Origin: Catajapyx aquilonaris
Lineage: Eukaryota
Direction: 5' to 3'
Assembly (NCBI GenBank): GCA_000934665.2
Contig: KZ538124.1
Coordinates: 62,001 to 120,685, forward strand
Length of the DNA: 58,685 bases
The position numbers and the translations under genes were made by a program. Every line of letters starts with the position of its first letter. Position 1 is the stretch's first letter. The notes under the pieces are model-generated. The model was not told where the DNA came from and made no database searches. It was given only the letters and a program-made list of their open reading frames with translations. This document shows, one piece after another, positions 28,371-42,800 of this stretch.

Positions 28371-31300
28371 GTAGACGTTAATTTTTGGCATGTAAATGGT
28401 CCATATCATATCAATATGTCTAGCATTTGTTCATCCTTTTTCTATATGAAAATCTATAGTATTTGCTCCCGGATTCTCGGCTCGTCTGCCCGACCCCCCT
28501 CGCTCTCTTTTAATCAAATGAGTGTGTTAATTACATAGCATATACCGGAATCAAGTATGGTAACCCCATTAATGCACCCCAATCAAGCTTCAATTAGTGT
28601 TCATTCAGCCGGTGCAAGCTTTGATTCATAATGACACCCATCACTTTTATTGTGCTCATTGTGCATGCGTTATTATTTTCAGATGTTTGACCGCACAGAT
28701 GCAAGTCTATAGCCTGCAATGCATGCACTTTTTTCATTCCCATTTAATTCTGCAAGCCTCTTGTTTAATAGGTTTTGCAGCATGCAGTACATTTTGTTGT
28801 ATATAAACAGGAGTTTCGCTGTGTAGCCCCCCAACAATAAAATCAAAGTGCTAAGCGCCGGGATATTTCACTTTTCCAGCCATTTGGCCGGCGTGTAAAA
28901 GGGCCATTCGGAATATTTAAGCAAGTTGGAAATCACGCCAATAAAGCCAGGACTGCGGTAGTGTTGGGTGTGGGGGAGGAAGCGGGACAAAATAGTTATG
29001 AATACCGGAATTTCCGGACACATTTTTATTGATAATCGAGCGAAATCAGCATTAATTATTGTTCGGCCATGCCTGAAACTGCTGCAAATCGCGCTTTATA
29101 TCTGGGGATAAACATGCCATCACTACCAAATCAGCTATTTACTGCCCTGAAGCCCCGAGGATGTGAAGCAGCAGCCTTATGCCTGGTGTACATTTTAACA
29201 TCACCCGGGCATTAAATAAATATTAATTGGCTAAATTGAAAGGCGCCTGTCATGTCGATCATATAAGCTAATCAGGACACAATTTAGTGGCAATGTAGTC
29301 ACGCTTCAATCCCTCGTCTGCTCCTGACGTTTTGACAAAAGCGAGAAATATTATGGGTTCGGAATTTTAAAAAAATGATGTGCATTTTAATTTCTGTTCC
29401 CATATTCAAGCCAGAGCTTTGTTAATATTATTTGCTCCATAATTTTTTGCATTGCCACATTATTAGTTATTGATTTATATATTTATATTGCATGGCCTGT
29501 TTTAGCTGATGTGTACGTTTTGGTAAAATATACATGCATTATTTAAATAGTATAGAGACTTATAAAACAGAGCGCTCATCCAGAAGTTATCCCACATTTC
29601 TGAATTAAGCTCCTAAATATAATTTGCGAAATGGGTTTTGCCTTGCAAATTAGGCGCCTTTGGACAAACCAACAATTTTTCACCTGGCGAGACACGCACA
29701 CATTTTCCTTCCACATGTTATAATGGCGCACCTGGGGTCCTCATTATGCACCTTTAGCTCCAACGCCTGTCGGTCAACTCTCCGAAGTTGATTCTTGTTG
29801 CTGACGTCTCGTAAATATTCAGCATGACTTATGCCCTCTCTACACATTTAAAAAAAAAATCTCTCCAGGAATGTTTGCTGAGAGGGCCCAATCGACATGT
29901 GGGCAAAAAATCGTTTGAATTATGAATGACGTTAGGGACTGTTTTATACGGCGATCATGTGACGAAATTGACTTCTTGGTATTACTGATTTGACCCCTGG
30001 GTTGATGCGCACACACGCACGCCACAGAAAAATATGTGTTTAATAAATGTGAGTTCACATAATGGCTTGTTGAATCAGCAGTACCGGTACTTCCCATCAC
30101 AGAACCTGAGCTTTACACTGTAACACTTTGATTACCCAACACCATGTAAATGTCCTTTGCTTACGTCCAGTCCTACGTGTAAATAATAGACGCTTCTATG
30201 CTCCAAACTAACACAGAGTATCGGCGCGCAGGGGGCTGTCTAATGAACCCAAATTGAGTGCCCGAACTTCCTTCTTGGCAAAACAAAGTCATTAAGCACC
30301 GTTTAAATTAGCCTCTACTCGTGGATCCTATTAAGCCATTTTTTCCCCTAACTTTTTTTTCCAACTTCTTCTGCCAATTCCGCCCCGTCATTGAACCAGG
30401 TGATGACGGGAAAGCTGGCGGGGGGGACTCTCTTCTTAAAAAGATATTTGGCAATTCTCCTGACGAGGCAGTGCAAGAAGCTGAAAACGAGGGAGAAAAA
30501 GGAAGGGTTTGAAAGGTTCGGTGCAGGGGGCCTCGTTAGTGGTAAAGAATCACGTTGTCATAACTGGACTGGGGTTTCAGAAAACTCCTGCAGTGATGCG
30601 ATAGTTGAAAATACCAGACCGGATGTACCGGGTGCATCAAAGGTTTTTAGTTTTAAAAAAATGTGGGAAATCAATCTGCCATTTTACTGAGAAAGTCGGG
30701 TTATTTAATAAGGCTTCCTATAGAAGGATCAATGAGCTGGTATTAGCCTGCGTAATTCTGCCTTTCTTTGAAGTATAGGAGCTCCACAGACTCATTAGCT
30801 GTCGCTAATAATGTACACTGATGCATTAACCCAATTATGCGTGGATAAAAGTTACACGGCATGTGCTGGAAGCAAAAGAAGCTTTTTTTTCAAAAATCTG
30901 AAATTCAATCTGTTGTTCCGCAAGTACTAACAGTAAATGTCACAAAATTCTCGCACTGTTTGCAACAATTTATAAACCACTAGTATAGGGAAATATACGA
31001 GACACACTAAAAGACATTCAGGGTTTGTTGTATAATGTTGATAATAAGAAAGTAATACTGGCAACAATGCAGCCAGCTCTTATAAGCCAGCCCAAATGGG
31101 CTTTCCAGGACTGAAAAGGTTAATTATTTAATTTACTTCACAATATGAGCCATTCGTTGTACAAAAGTTTAAATGATAAAAGTCGACCCTTTGTATACCT
31201 ACCGCAACTTCACAAAATGCAAATATTCTTGTAAACAACAGTTGCAGGCGCCTAACATTAGCTGCTATCAAGTATTCCTTTCATTGATACCCTAACGTTT

Positions 31301-34300
31301 TATTCCGGCACATTATTAATGAATTAATTAATTAACGCATTGGAGCAGATGAAAAGAGGGCTCATGGATTCGACTAGAGTCTGCTTCTGGGGTAGGAGGG
31401 TATATAGGGCTTGTTGAAATTCGGAGACACAAGGTAAACGGGACATGAATACGTGCTTCGCTGGGCTGTATGCAAATGCTGGGAAACTGGGAGGGCAGTC
31501 GAAGGTGGGGAGGGTAGGAGGGAAGCATTGCGGTGCTGCTGGATGGCCTCTGTTTGGAGAACGGGCGAACAAAAGGAGAACCAGATTTCTACGAATATAT
31601 GCTTGAAACAGTGCACACATACACACCGGAAGCAAAACCATCGCTTCAAACCTCTTGAACGGAAAATTTGCATTTATTGGGAATTTGACGGGTGAGGTAC
31701 GGCTTATAGGGAAGAGGAAGGTGCAAATTTGAATTAGCCAGGTATTCGGATCCGTTCTCTCTCTCTCTCGTCGGGGTTTTGCCATATTGAAACGTCGATA
31801 TGTGGATCCCTAAGTGTGCTTCGAAGGAGCTGTGGAAACAGATGCGCGCAATGGAATTTACCATGAGCTAAGTTGAAAGGAAGATATTTGCAAGGGGGAT
31901 AGAAAAGTGCATTAAGGTGAAAGGTAGTGCAAAATAAAAGTCACAAAATTTAAGTGCTTCAATTTTGAGCTTAATTCGCAAACATTTTTATACTTAAATA
32001 CGTTCATTGAAAACTGCACCAGACTTCATGGCACAAATAAAGCAATGGCCACCTCTGCAAAAGTATAGTGCAGTTGACACAGAGGGATGGGGAGTTGTAA
32101 AGAAAGAAGTACAGGTTGTGCTACGTCTGATCGAAGTTTTTCGAGAGGCCTGGGGGCATATAGACGACATGATGTCCTCTGGAGCCTTGGGACTAGAGAG
32201 GTGGGAGGTCAATCATATGAGCAGAACGTGAGCAGAATAGACACGGCCGGCTGCTGTCTTCACATTGACACGATGAGATCCGACTTGCGTAAAGGGAAAA
32301 GGAAGGAACTTCATACATTATAACCCTCCTTCCCCCTTGCAAAAGGGACACGCTTTCCATTATGATTTCGGACCCACCACAGTATAGATATGACCTGCCC
32401 CGGTATATCAAAGCCATGCATAATATCCAGGTACCCCATTACATGCCCCGGCATAATACTCCAACTCTTTTAGAATCTGTAAGATATAGGATTTCATGCA
32501 GGGAATGTTTAATGGCTTCAGCTGCTGCCGGGTTGTTGACCAAATGGTCTCTTTTCTTTTGCACTGCACATCCTCCGGTTCCCCAAGTATTTTTGGGACC
32601 TTTCTGGCCCGAATTTTAATGGCAACCCTCCTCTTCTCTTTCTATTTTTTTTGGTCCATTCTATCCCGCCTCCAATGATGGGTGGGCGCTTTCCGGTGAT
32701 GCAAAACACGGGTCTCGGGTCCAAAATAAGGCTCTCGTTTTAGTATGTGTAGTTTGGGAGCTGGTTGGAGAGAGGCGTCATTGAAAGGCTTTTGCACCAT
32801 TTGTTCTTCCCTCCCCGGATGTTGTTTGGAAAAAGGGTGGAGGTAACAGTGCTGGAGCTTTTCTCTGTGTTCTATGAGGTGTTAATGGTCTTCTCAGACT
32901 AGGAAGAAGCGACTTGGACACACCAATGGCCTTGGAGAGTCCGTTTATTATTTTATTTTTTTATACAATCCAGCCAGAATGTTGCTGTTGGCGACGAAAT
33001 GTATATTGGCGCACTTACCCAAATGGGCACGTCTAATACAGTATACAGCCACTAAGCTTTGTCTGGAAAATTGCGCGATTCTTTTTAGCAGACCAATAAA
33101 AAGTTGGGATAACAAAAAGTCTCGCCATTTATTAATGCCTTGCTTTTTTATTGTACTGAAGGTTGCTGCTGATCGAATGTACTCGCTCATGCATTCAGGG
33201 CTGATGTGCTTGAAACCTTGATGTATACAGGGTTAATAGAGCATGGCCTGCATAAGCTGATTTCACGCCTGCTTAGCATACTCCATATTCTTACACAGCC
33301 ATGTTCTGTAAGCCAGACACTATATTATTTGAACTGCGGACTTGCCTCCAAGTAGAATATCTTTTCGCTCCCTGAATTGCTGTAGCTTCTAGAAATAACA
33401 GAGTAATAGGCGACCCCATTTGTACCGAAAGTTAATGCAATTCGTCTTACATCCCCTCTAGAGTTGCGCTCCATCCGCAAGGTAACAATCTTCCTACTAA
33501 ATTCCAGCATAATTTCCTCTCTACAGAAGCGGATGAAGGGGGGAAAAACGGCAGTAGAAACATTGTTCATTCAGCGGGGATATTTTGATCCTAAAACTTC
33601 ATTATGGGACGTTGGTATATCCCAAGTTATATCCTAATAGGGAGGGGGGAAGCGGAGGGAAAGAAAACGCGAGATAGACAAAAAGAGAGCTCCTTAGTGG
33701 CAAAATGATCCTCCTCAGAAAAAGGCAGTACAAAGAAGGCTCCCATCTTTCTCTTTTTCTCTTTCTCTCGGGGAGCTATGCTCTTTGATCCGATTTGTCC
33801 TTCTCGAACCCGTACTTTGGCGTTAAGAATGGCAGCAAGACGTGGAAAGAAACGACGGCTGGGGGAGAAGAACTTTTCGACTTATCAAATTAGGTGGCAA
33901 ATGGCGTGCGGGGAAATCCCAGGCACACTTCTCCTGCCCCCGTGACTCGACTTTTCTTTTTTTTACCGTTCTTCTTTAAACCTAGCTGCTTACAAAGATT
34001 CCCGGAATCACAGTTCAGCCTGATGGAACCCTCTATTATTTTTTTTGATTTGCCAGTATTGCAACTCTGAGATTCAATTACCTTTTCGAGAGGATTGTGA
34101 TTTTTGCTCATCTGGAGGCAGATACTAGGCATGATTACTCGTCAGGATGTTATTGTCTTCCACCATCTTTTAATGCCAAATACAATGCAAAAACGGTCCT
34201 ACATTAATATTGCATAATTAGATATTGGAGGGGCCTGAGATTTTTAAAAAAAACAGCCAAGTTCACTTTTGGGGGATCTAACACAATACGTGCCACAATA

Positions 34301-37300
34301 TTATGTATTTCAGTTAATGTCATTGGGTATTAATTACACATTTGCGCATGTAGCTGAGCTGCGGAAACATATGGACGTAAAATGTTTCAAGATTGTACCA
34401 GTGAAATCATAAGTTGTTTCTCATTTTACGACCAGTTTTTCCATGTGGACACTTTGGCTGTTTTTTACCCCTCAATTTGATTTCTGTAAAATTTTATGCA
34501 AATATTTTGGTTTAATTCTATGGTCTTGACCAATCGCTGTTACCTCTTAGTAAATTGCGGTTATGTGTCACACGTCACTTCACACATGTGACACATGACA
34601 CAACTACAACCACGCATGCAGATTTCGTTGAATACTAGTTCATGGTTATTGCAGCAGATCCGCTGCACTGGCCACTGAGAATAGGTGCACAATCAACCTA
34701 ATACGCGTTGTTAAACAGGTTTTAAAATAATGTAACGCGGCACTTCCCCCTCCTGACCATATAAATGTTAACACCGCATAAACATGCCGAGAGTGACGGC
34801 CTGAGGCGATGCTTTGGCTGGAAGAGCATGTGTATAATACGCCCTGAAAATGATTATTTTGCCAGCACTAACTTAGGTAAAAGCATGGGGCCTGGATGCC
34901 CCCATAATTGAAGGCGAGAATCCATGTTCCACCCCTCCTGGTTCAAATGGGCCCAACGTGGTTCTATCAGACGTGTGTAATAACAAGCGTAGCGATGTGC
35001 GCAGCACAATCATGCGCGACCTCATGCGATGGCCACCATATTTACAACCCCAATAACCTCCGATGCCTGCAGCAGACCGCTTATTGGCACTCTCAGCTTC
35101 CTCTCTTGCCTCGGATGCTGCTGCATGCAACCCATTTCCTTCGACGAGGGTTATGCTGCACCACAGGCAAACTCCATGCTGCATCTTTACCTTCTTTACA
35201 GGCACTCCATCTGCTTCAAGTACGGTGCGGTTGCTTATCATTCCAGGTCTGACACAAGGTGTGGTTCTAAGAAAAATTGTGAAAAAAAAAAGTTCATGTC
35301 GATTCTGTAAAATAGAGTTGCCAGCACATTTTCCCAGCTATAGGCTGCTCCAGTATGCAAACTAATTATTTCAGCTATCATAGCGCTGTGTCAAACTTTT
35401 TCATAATCAGAGGGCGTCATTTTATGAACAATTTTATTATTTGATTGCAAAAACAAGCGGGCCCGCAAATTAGTCCGCTACTTTTATAGTCAAATAAAAA
35501 TATTGGGTCTTACACCCCGCGTGATATACTAGTGCGCAATGCGATGGAATTAATTTGCGTAAATATTGTGTTACCGTATTGCGTTACGTTCATTAAAGGC
35601 ATTCCCTTGGGGGATTGCTCCGCTATACCATCCCCAACCAAAAACATGAAGTATGCAATACAAAAACGGTATCCGATGTTTCCCTTGAAAACCCGAGACG
35701 CAAATCATCCCCCTCGCTGTAATATGAGCTTCCCTTCGTAAGTTTTCCCTGGCTCCAAAAGCTGAGATGATTATGCATGTCATTAGGCCTTGATGACTAG
35801 AGTTTATGCTATTAGTTGTAGAGCGCTGCTCCGATTGGCACTTTGTGAGCTCGCCTCTTGTTCCTCTTAGGTACCCACCGAGTTTGTAGTTGGATGCTTG
35901 TCCCGGATGCTGCTGAAGCTATACCACTGTGAGCATCTGAAGCTTCCCTGGTCCCAAACGAGATTTCGCAGCTGCTTCCTCTGCAACGGCCTGTGCATCT
36001 CCAGGCACAATCGCATTTCTCGGACGGATGAGCACCTTTCCATGGATACATCCATGTCTTTACTTTATCTGAAGTCTATAAGGCGCATACCACCATCGGA
36101 AGGCAGTTCAATTCCTTTATTAACCCTGCAAAAAGCTGCGATCACTTAGTTATAAAAAATAACAGTTAATATCTATTCAAATATTACATTTAAAGAGACA
36201 GGTTGGCGCTTATTGACGGAATATTGGATTACAAAAAAAAAGCCAACAGCAGGTTTCAATTGTTATGATAATGGTATGCGGCTCCCACAGAGCAGAAAAA
36301 ATTCCAATAGTGTGATTAAACTGAAATCATTCCCGTCCTTAGCAATGTGAATCAGGGCTTTTTGCGATTGGTTAGATCGAATTATTGGGAGGTTTCATCC
36401 GGATAGTTTGGGGAAAAAAAAATCTGCAACTATACTGATTTTGAATATGAAACGAAACGTAGATTACATGGATCCTCTATAATCCTATGACAATGGGCCA
36501 ATATGTCGCTACAACCTGTAATGACTAAAGGTACAAAAATGCCAACATGTGAGATGAACCAAAAAAATCAGTGCACTCTAGGCAGTAGTTTATAAAATCG
36601 GGCAAATACCCAGCAGCCCATCTGACAATAGCCGTAATTAAATTATTATTAGACGTCGACAACAACCATGCAAAAATTTACCAATGATCAGATCCAAAAA
36701 GCTCGTCCAATGATTAGTTATGTTGCTATAAACAGGAGACCTAGTTTTTTAAATGTACACTGCTGAGGCTATAGTGCTTAAAAGCCCAGTTCTTACAGTC
36801 TATCGATTGTCAGTATATTGCAATAATGTTTGCCATTTACAATTTGTAATTTTAATACTGGACGTGTGCATATCATTTTCCCCCCTATATATAGGAAACT
36901 TCCACCCTCCTTTTGAACTGAAGGCTTGGACCACCCTGCACTTACTAGTTATTGCTTGCCCGGAACACTTGTTATTCGCCCAAATATTTCCTGAATGCCA
37001 TCATAGTTACCGGTGTTTACTCCTTGGCATGCTGGAAGGGGGTGGAGGAGCAAAAGGGCTGGACCTTACCCCCCCATTTCTGGCCAGTTCCCTTGTGGTA
37101 ATCCTGTAGTATTTGGCCAGGAGGACTCACCCAATATATCCCAAGGCTCCAGAAGTTTAATGGCCCCTCCCAAAGTTAGCTTTTGTGCGCTCCAGGATAG
37201 GAGAGTGTGGAGTTTTCTGCAAAACTGAAACTTGTTAATGGAATAGATAAAACTTGGCTGGAGCAAAATGGTGCCTTTGGTTTTCCTTGGCCGGCTATAA

Positions 37301-39798
37301 TTTTTCTTTCCTTCTTCCGAGCAGTTCCCCCCTGGTCATTTTCTCCATACTCTGAATTGCCCAAAGCCATTTTTTCTTCTTCTTCCTTCTTTGACGATGG
37401 AAATGATACGGAGGAAAAACTTCTCTCCAGGAGACACCTTTTCCTGGTATGGAGTTTTCTGGTTATTATTTTTTTGTGCGTGTCAGCCGAGGCTCGATTC
37501 TCCCTTGCATCTTCATAGGAAAATCCTTCTCACGTCTTATATGATGTCTTAACTCATTCCTACCGTACCCGGTAGTCCGTTCCGTTTCTCATTTTTGGAA
37601 GTGGTTCGAGCCGAACTTCCAAAGACTAGAAGGACGTTCAATTTTAAAATGGGATGTCCTATAGTTTTTTTTTCTCTCTCTCTCTCTATCCAAGAAGCGC
37701 AAGAGCGGTTTGGTACTACCTTTTCTGGCGATTGCAGTTTAGACAGAAGTTCTCTGCTTCAGAAAAATGGATACTGTCCGACACTTTTTTCGATATATAG
37801 GCCTATCTCAAACATCTAGACTCTCGTGCTCCGGACAGTTTTACTGTACGACTTGAATTAAGTGGAAAGGCAGCCTCAATTGTTTTTTAAGAGACGGGTC
37901 GAAAAGAAACGGCGTGCTGATTATTCTGATTTATTTTTATTTTACTGTACCAGAGTGGGCAGTTACAGCCTATATGGAGAGCTACAAAACCAACAACCGG
38001 CATGGGAAAATAAATCAAGTCATTAAAAAGTTCTGCACGTACGAATTTGAATATCCGCATTTTAAACATTCATTTGATACATGTGGTACTGTACTGTACA
38101 ATTTCAAATTTTTCGTATAAAATGGCTCATAAGCAATAAACATTGTGTTTGCATGGACAATATCCCCACGAGGAGTGAAGACTGTATATCAAACTGGAAC
38201 AGTTTCCGTTCATGTAAAAGGTAAAATTACTCGATCTTACACAAACCTCGGATGTACAGTATTATTTTCCACAGGTCTAACTCCACCAGCACAAAAAATT
38301 GACCAACTTTCTGAACAACAAGAAGCAAAAGTTTTGCTTTAATTATTGATGAAATAGGAACAACTTTTGTAACACATTATTAGATTACCTATCACGTACA
38401 AAGCTTGTTGTGATAAGATCGTACTGTAAAATAATCAGAATCAAATACCAAAAATTTCGCATCTTGTCATTTGGAGTTTGCGCACCTTTTTGTGCTAATT
38501 TTTGAATAAAATTATTCCCTAATTATTCCAATATTCAAGCCGTAAATCAGCGCGACCTAGATACTCATTCTTCCTCATAAATTCCCAGCTACCAAGGGCC
38601 TACCGCCCACGACACCTAAGAACTCTCATGATGGATACGGGGGTTCCTATGACGTGACCAGAATAATAATAGTATATAAAAAAAGAAGGAACCCAGCAAG
38701 GTGGAAGGAAGCTTTCGATCTCTTCTCTTTTTTTTTGTGTTAGAAGGGGAGGTATGTCCTCTCCACAACCATCTTAGTAGGGATATCCAAGCCCTCGGGC
38801 TCGGATTACGACCCCGCAGTCATTCTCCGGGACAGTATATTGGACACCGGAGCTTCCCTGAGCAAATATTTAGATGCCCCACCACCCGAAGAGTGCCTCC
38901 ATCTCCCCTGCTCTTTCATCTCACGCTTCGCCCGTTCTTGGACCTCTTTTTCGTTTGGTTTTTTTTTATACTCCTCTTCCGGATCCGGAAGCAGGACTAC
39001 ACACAAGATGCCAGAAAGGAATAAGGAAAATGATGTGTTTCCACTCTAAATTGGATACATTTGCACTGATATCATATGCATTGTCCCAACTGATTGGAGT
39101 GATATCAATCTCTTTCTTTTAAAAAAAATATTGAGATTCACTGCCATGAACCGGTGACAGGTCGAGAATCTTTTTTCCGGTGTGCAAAATTGGGTAGGGG
39201 TTGCGGTGCAATCAGCTCTGAAGGTTTGCCTAAGTGATTGGATGTAAGGATGAATATGTGAGATCTCTAGGAGTCACTATGGGAGAGCTGCCTTGTGGGA
39301 GGGAAAAGGTATATAGAGAGCACTTTTGCTCACCCAGATCACGCCCCGTGCCCCGTTTCCGGGAACTAGTCTCCCAAACTCTTGACTTCCTCCCAGAGGA
39401 CCAAGAAAGGAACGGCCTTTTCGTCTCCTCTCCCACCGACTCTCTACTGCTCTCTGGGGACTCAGTCCGGACACCCTTAGCAGTTAGCCAGTCACTTCCA
39501 ATGGAACGTACGGATGCTCGTAGCAAAGGTCTGACACAGCCATCCCAGCACACGACGTAAATTATTCGACAATTCGCACTTACCCAGCACTAAAGCTGCC
39601 ACGACACTCTGTTGACATCCACGGCACGTGACTTACATTATCTTTCTCTACTAGTGAAATTTGGCAACAATGGCCCCCATTTGGACGTAGTACTATATGC
39701 CACTACCAGATGTCTCACAGGCTCCCTCTCTGCACACTACTGCCGCTCTCAGGGGGCAAGAACTACATGCACGTTGGTGATAAGTCAACGCTTGTAGA

Positions 39799-39819
39799 TA
39801 TTTATTATTATTTTTATTA

Positions 39820-39881
<62 letters not shown>
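39799..39881. repeat. (ATT)n microsatellite
   Basis: Pure run at ~39820-39881 with a degenerate left edge. Confidence 0.97.
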
Positions 39882-39882
<1 letters not shown>

Positions 39883-42800
39883 GCTATAAACAAAAGTTAA
39901 AACTTGGAAGTGACTTGTATGCGAGTTCGTATCGGAAAACGTTCAGGGTTGTGCATTTGACAGAGGGGCTTATAGCACCCTTAATTAATGTGATGACAAT
40001 GCGGCGTGATGCCGCTTGCAGATGGTAAAAAGTTGTGACAAGGGTTCGGTAACTTTGGTTGGACCGCATCTTTCATGCTGTGAAGGGTTGGGGGAAATAT
40101 CGGGTCAGAGGCAAGACCGTAATTGGGCTCTTGACAATGTTGCTTTGGTTTTGATGTGCCAGGGACCGTAATGCGGTTTGAGACATATAGGCAGAGTTTG
40201 AGTTGACGACAACAAGGCATGGTTTCTCTCTGATGATTTATGGACTTTGACGAGTGTAATTTTAAGGGGGAATGTTTGCTTCGATACTATCACATTTGCG
40301 CATGAAATTGATGTTTTTATAACCTATATAAAATTATTCCATTTTCTTATATTGTAAAATTTTAGCAAAGACCTAAAATATTGCTCTTGGATGCAATTCC
40401 TTGCCGGTAGAAGAATAATGTAAATATGCATGATGTTCACTTTTTCAAACGTTGAAATAGTTTCCAAAAATTTACTGCCGATCGCCCCAATGCTGGTACT
40501 GATCCTTTCATAAAAATACAGCATGTGGAACGTATCCTCTGGCCAACATGTACTACCATCTACTCGTACTCTTCGGACCTATAACCCGGATTATTAAAAC
40601 CAGTCCATTTCCGGGTCCTGAAACAAAAAAAATGCTGACTCGCCTTACTTTGATGGGGGAGCAGGTGTCTCCATAGCCTGCCCCAGTATTAGTCAAAAAC
40701 CCGATTCAAATTGCCATCCGCTTATTGAAAACCAGCTCTCGCTCTCCCCTGCATTCATAAACCTAACCGTATGACTTCCGAGCCCCATTCCTTTCATCAC
40801 TCATCCCCACAAAATTTTGTCCATCCCCACAACACAATGCCAAACTTTTTTTTTTCAAAAAAAAAAACTGCCCAAAAATTACTATTGTTGTCAATATGTG
40901 CACCAGCCCAAATCCTACACCCAACACTTCAACCTAGGACATTTTTTTTTGTATTTTATCAAATGTGTGTTGTACGTCTGCCGAGTTGGTCCGTCACAGA
41001 GTATGGTCTGTACTAATTTTTTTTCCGTATGTTTGCCCCTGTGCTCGTACCTCACTGAACTCACAAGGTTATGAAGTGGAGCTCTCGGACGTAGAGTGTC
41101 ATGGAAACCGCAGCTCGGGCGTGTCAGCCTCTGGCTGAATTTCCATGATGAATTGACACCAATCGATCATATTTTTGGAGTGAAGGGGAGGGGGAGGGGA
41201 TGGGGCAGTGTTGCATGGCTAAAAAGAGGTGCGTTCAGGAGACTAACGAAGCGCCCTTTGAAGCACCCCTCTTACAGGTATGTAGCTTTGTTAGGGGGCG
41301 CCAGAGAGGACTTTTTAATGCGGCTTCGGTGGTTGAGACGGTGAGAGAATATTGGTTTCTAATGGGAGGGCTCAATTACCTAGACTTATAAAGAGGGGGT
41401 GCTTCAAAGGTGGGTGTTACGAACCGGAAAATCACAAGTGAAGGGTTATAGATGGGGAGGGGGGGGAGGGGGTTGTTGAATAAAATATGCTTGGAGTAAC
41501 AGGGCACACAGAGCCCTCCGCTTTCAATCTAGGTGTATTATACGGAATTTCACTTTCAGAAGGGGAGGGCTTAAAAGTTTTCGCAATATGTATTTCCATA
41601 ATTGCAGTGGATGTGACTTGTGAAAATTATGGCGCCTGTGTGTAAAGTAGCGTTTCTCATCAAGCTCCGGCGGATGCTCTTTCTTTGTGGCGTCAAAATT
41701 ATATAACAGGTCGTTTGATGCTGTGTTGCGCTTGCATATTAATTTTCTATGTATAATTACTGTACGTACCGGTATGGACTGTTCATCCTGCAGAATATAG
41801 GGAAACACAAAATATGGTCCAATGTACGACACTTAGAGATTTGAGCATATGCTTCAATACACTATAGGAAAAGGAGGTGGTCATTAATCACCATATTTGA
41901 GAAATAGAAAACTCATAAGCGAACCGTCACGTCTGCGTGATTAAAGGCCGACTAATTACTTTCCGCCTTTGCATATGCATATATGACACGCGATTTTCAC
42001 GAGACGGCGCCAAGAAGTGCTAATTCGGCAGACTGATTAGTAGCAAAAACTTCCAACTCGTTAATGATACACTCCAGTAATGAAGTTCGAAACTTACAAG
42101 TTAGTGCCATAGAAAAACCAGTGACCGTTCACACACACAGACTGCTTCTCAAAATGCCAAGTTGTGAGTATAGGCCTATAACACTTTTCAACTCCATTGT
42201 ATGAACAAACTGTACAGTTTTCTCCCATTCATTTTGTGCTTCGTTTCATAGACTTCTGTTGAATCTTACGGATTCCAAACACGTTCTAAATAGCAATATA
42301 CATCCCCAAAATAGGAGAGCAAATGGGCATTCTCGGAATTCTGAGAAACGAATCTCCGGAACTCTAATGGGCTCTGATGGGAAAACATGTTACAGTGCAA
42401 GCTTTTTCACTTTACATCTAGGTTTTTGTAGCGACAATATTGGCCTGTAACTCCTTTAATATACGTATAATGTAGAGCCAAGTGTAGGGCACAATATGTA
42501 TGTTCGAATTGTCGCATTTTCTCCAAAAAATAGCGTAAATGGTCTGTGAGAATTTAGAGTTTTTTTCTGAAAAATATGCGATTTGTAACTGTCAAATTAA
42601 TTTCGTGCAGTGATCTTGTAAATTATTGCAGCATTAGGCCAAATATTACTGCTACGTATCCTCTTGCGGTACACTTTTCACGTGTTTCAAGCCGCAGTTT
42701 AAATTCCAAAAAGCACACGATCGTCGACAATAATATTTAGCCAATAGTACGAACATAGCAGACTGTAACCAACGGAATTTTCTTATAGCCCACGACCTCC

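Noticed and set aside
35871..36149. Good splice acceptor followed by an ~90-codon open frame
   Set aside because: No recognisable homology and no partner exons found.
38976..38991. Perfect 16-bp palindrome CTTCCGGATCCGGAAG (two inverted ETS cores)
   Set aside because: About one 8-bp-arm palindrome is expected by chance in a window of this size.
39693..39893. Poly-Ile ORF (likewise 55702-55911 and the poly-Leu ORF at 57999-58205)
   Set aside because: These are translations of (ATT)n microsatellites.
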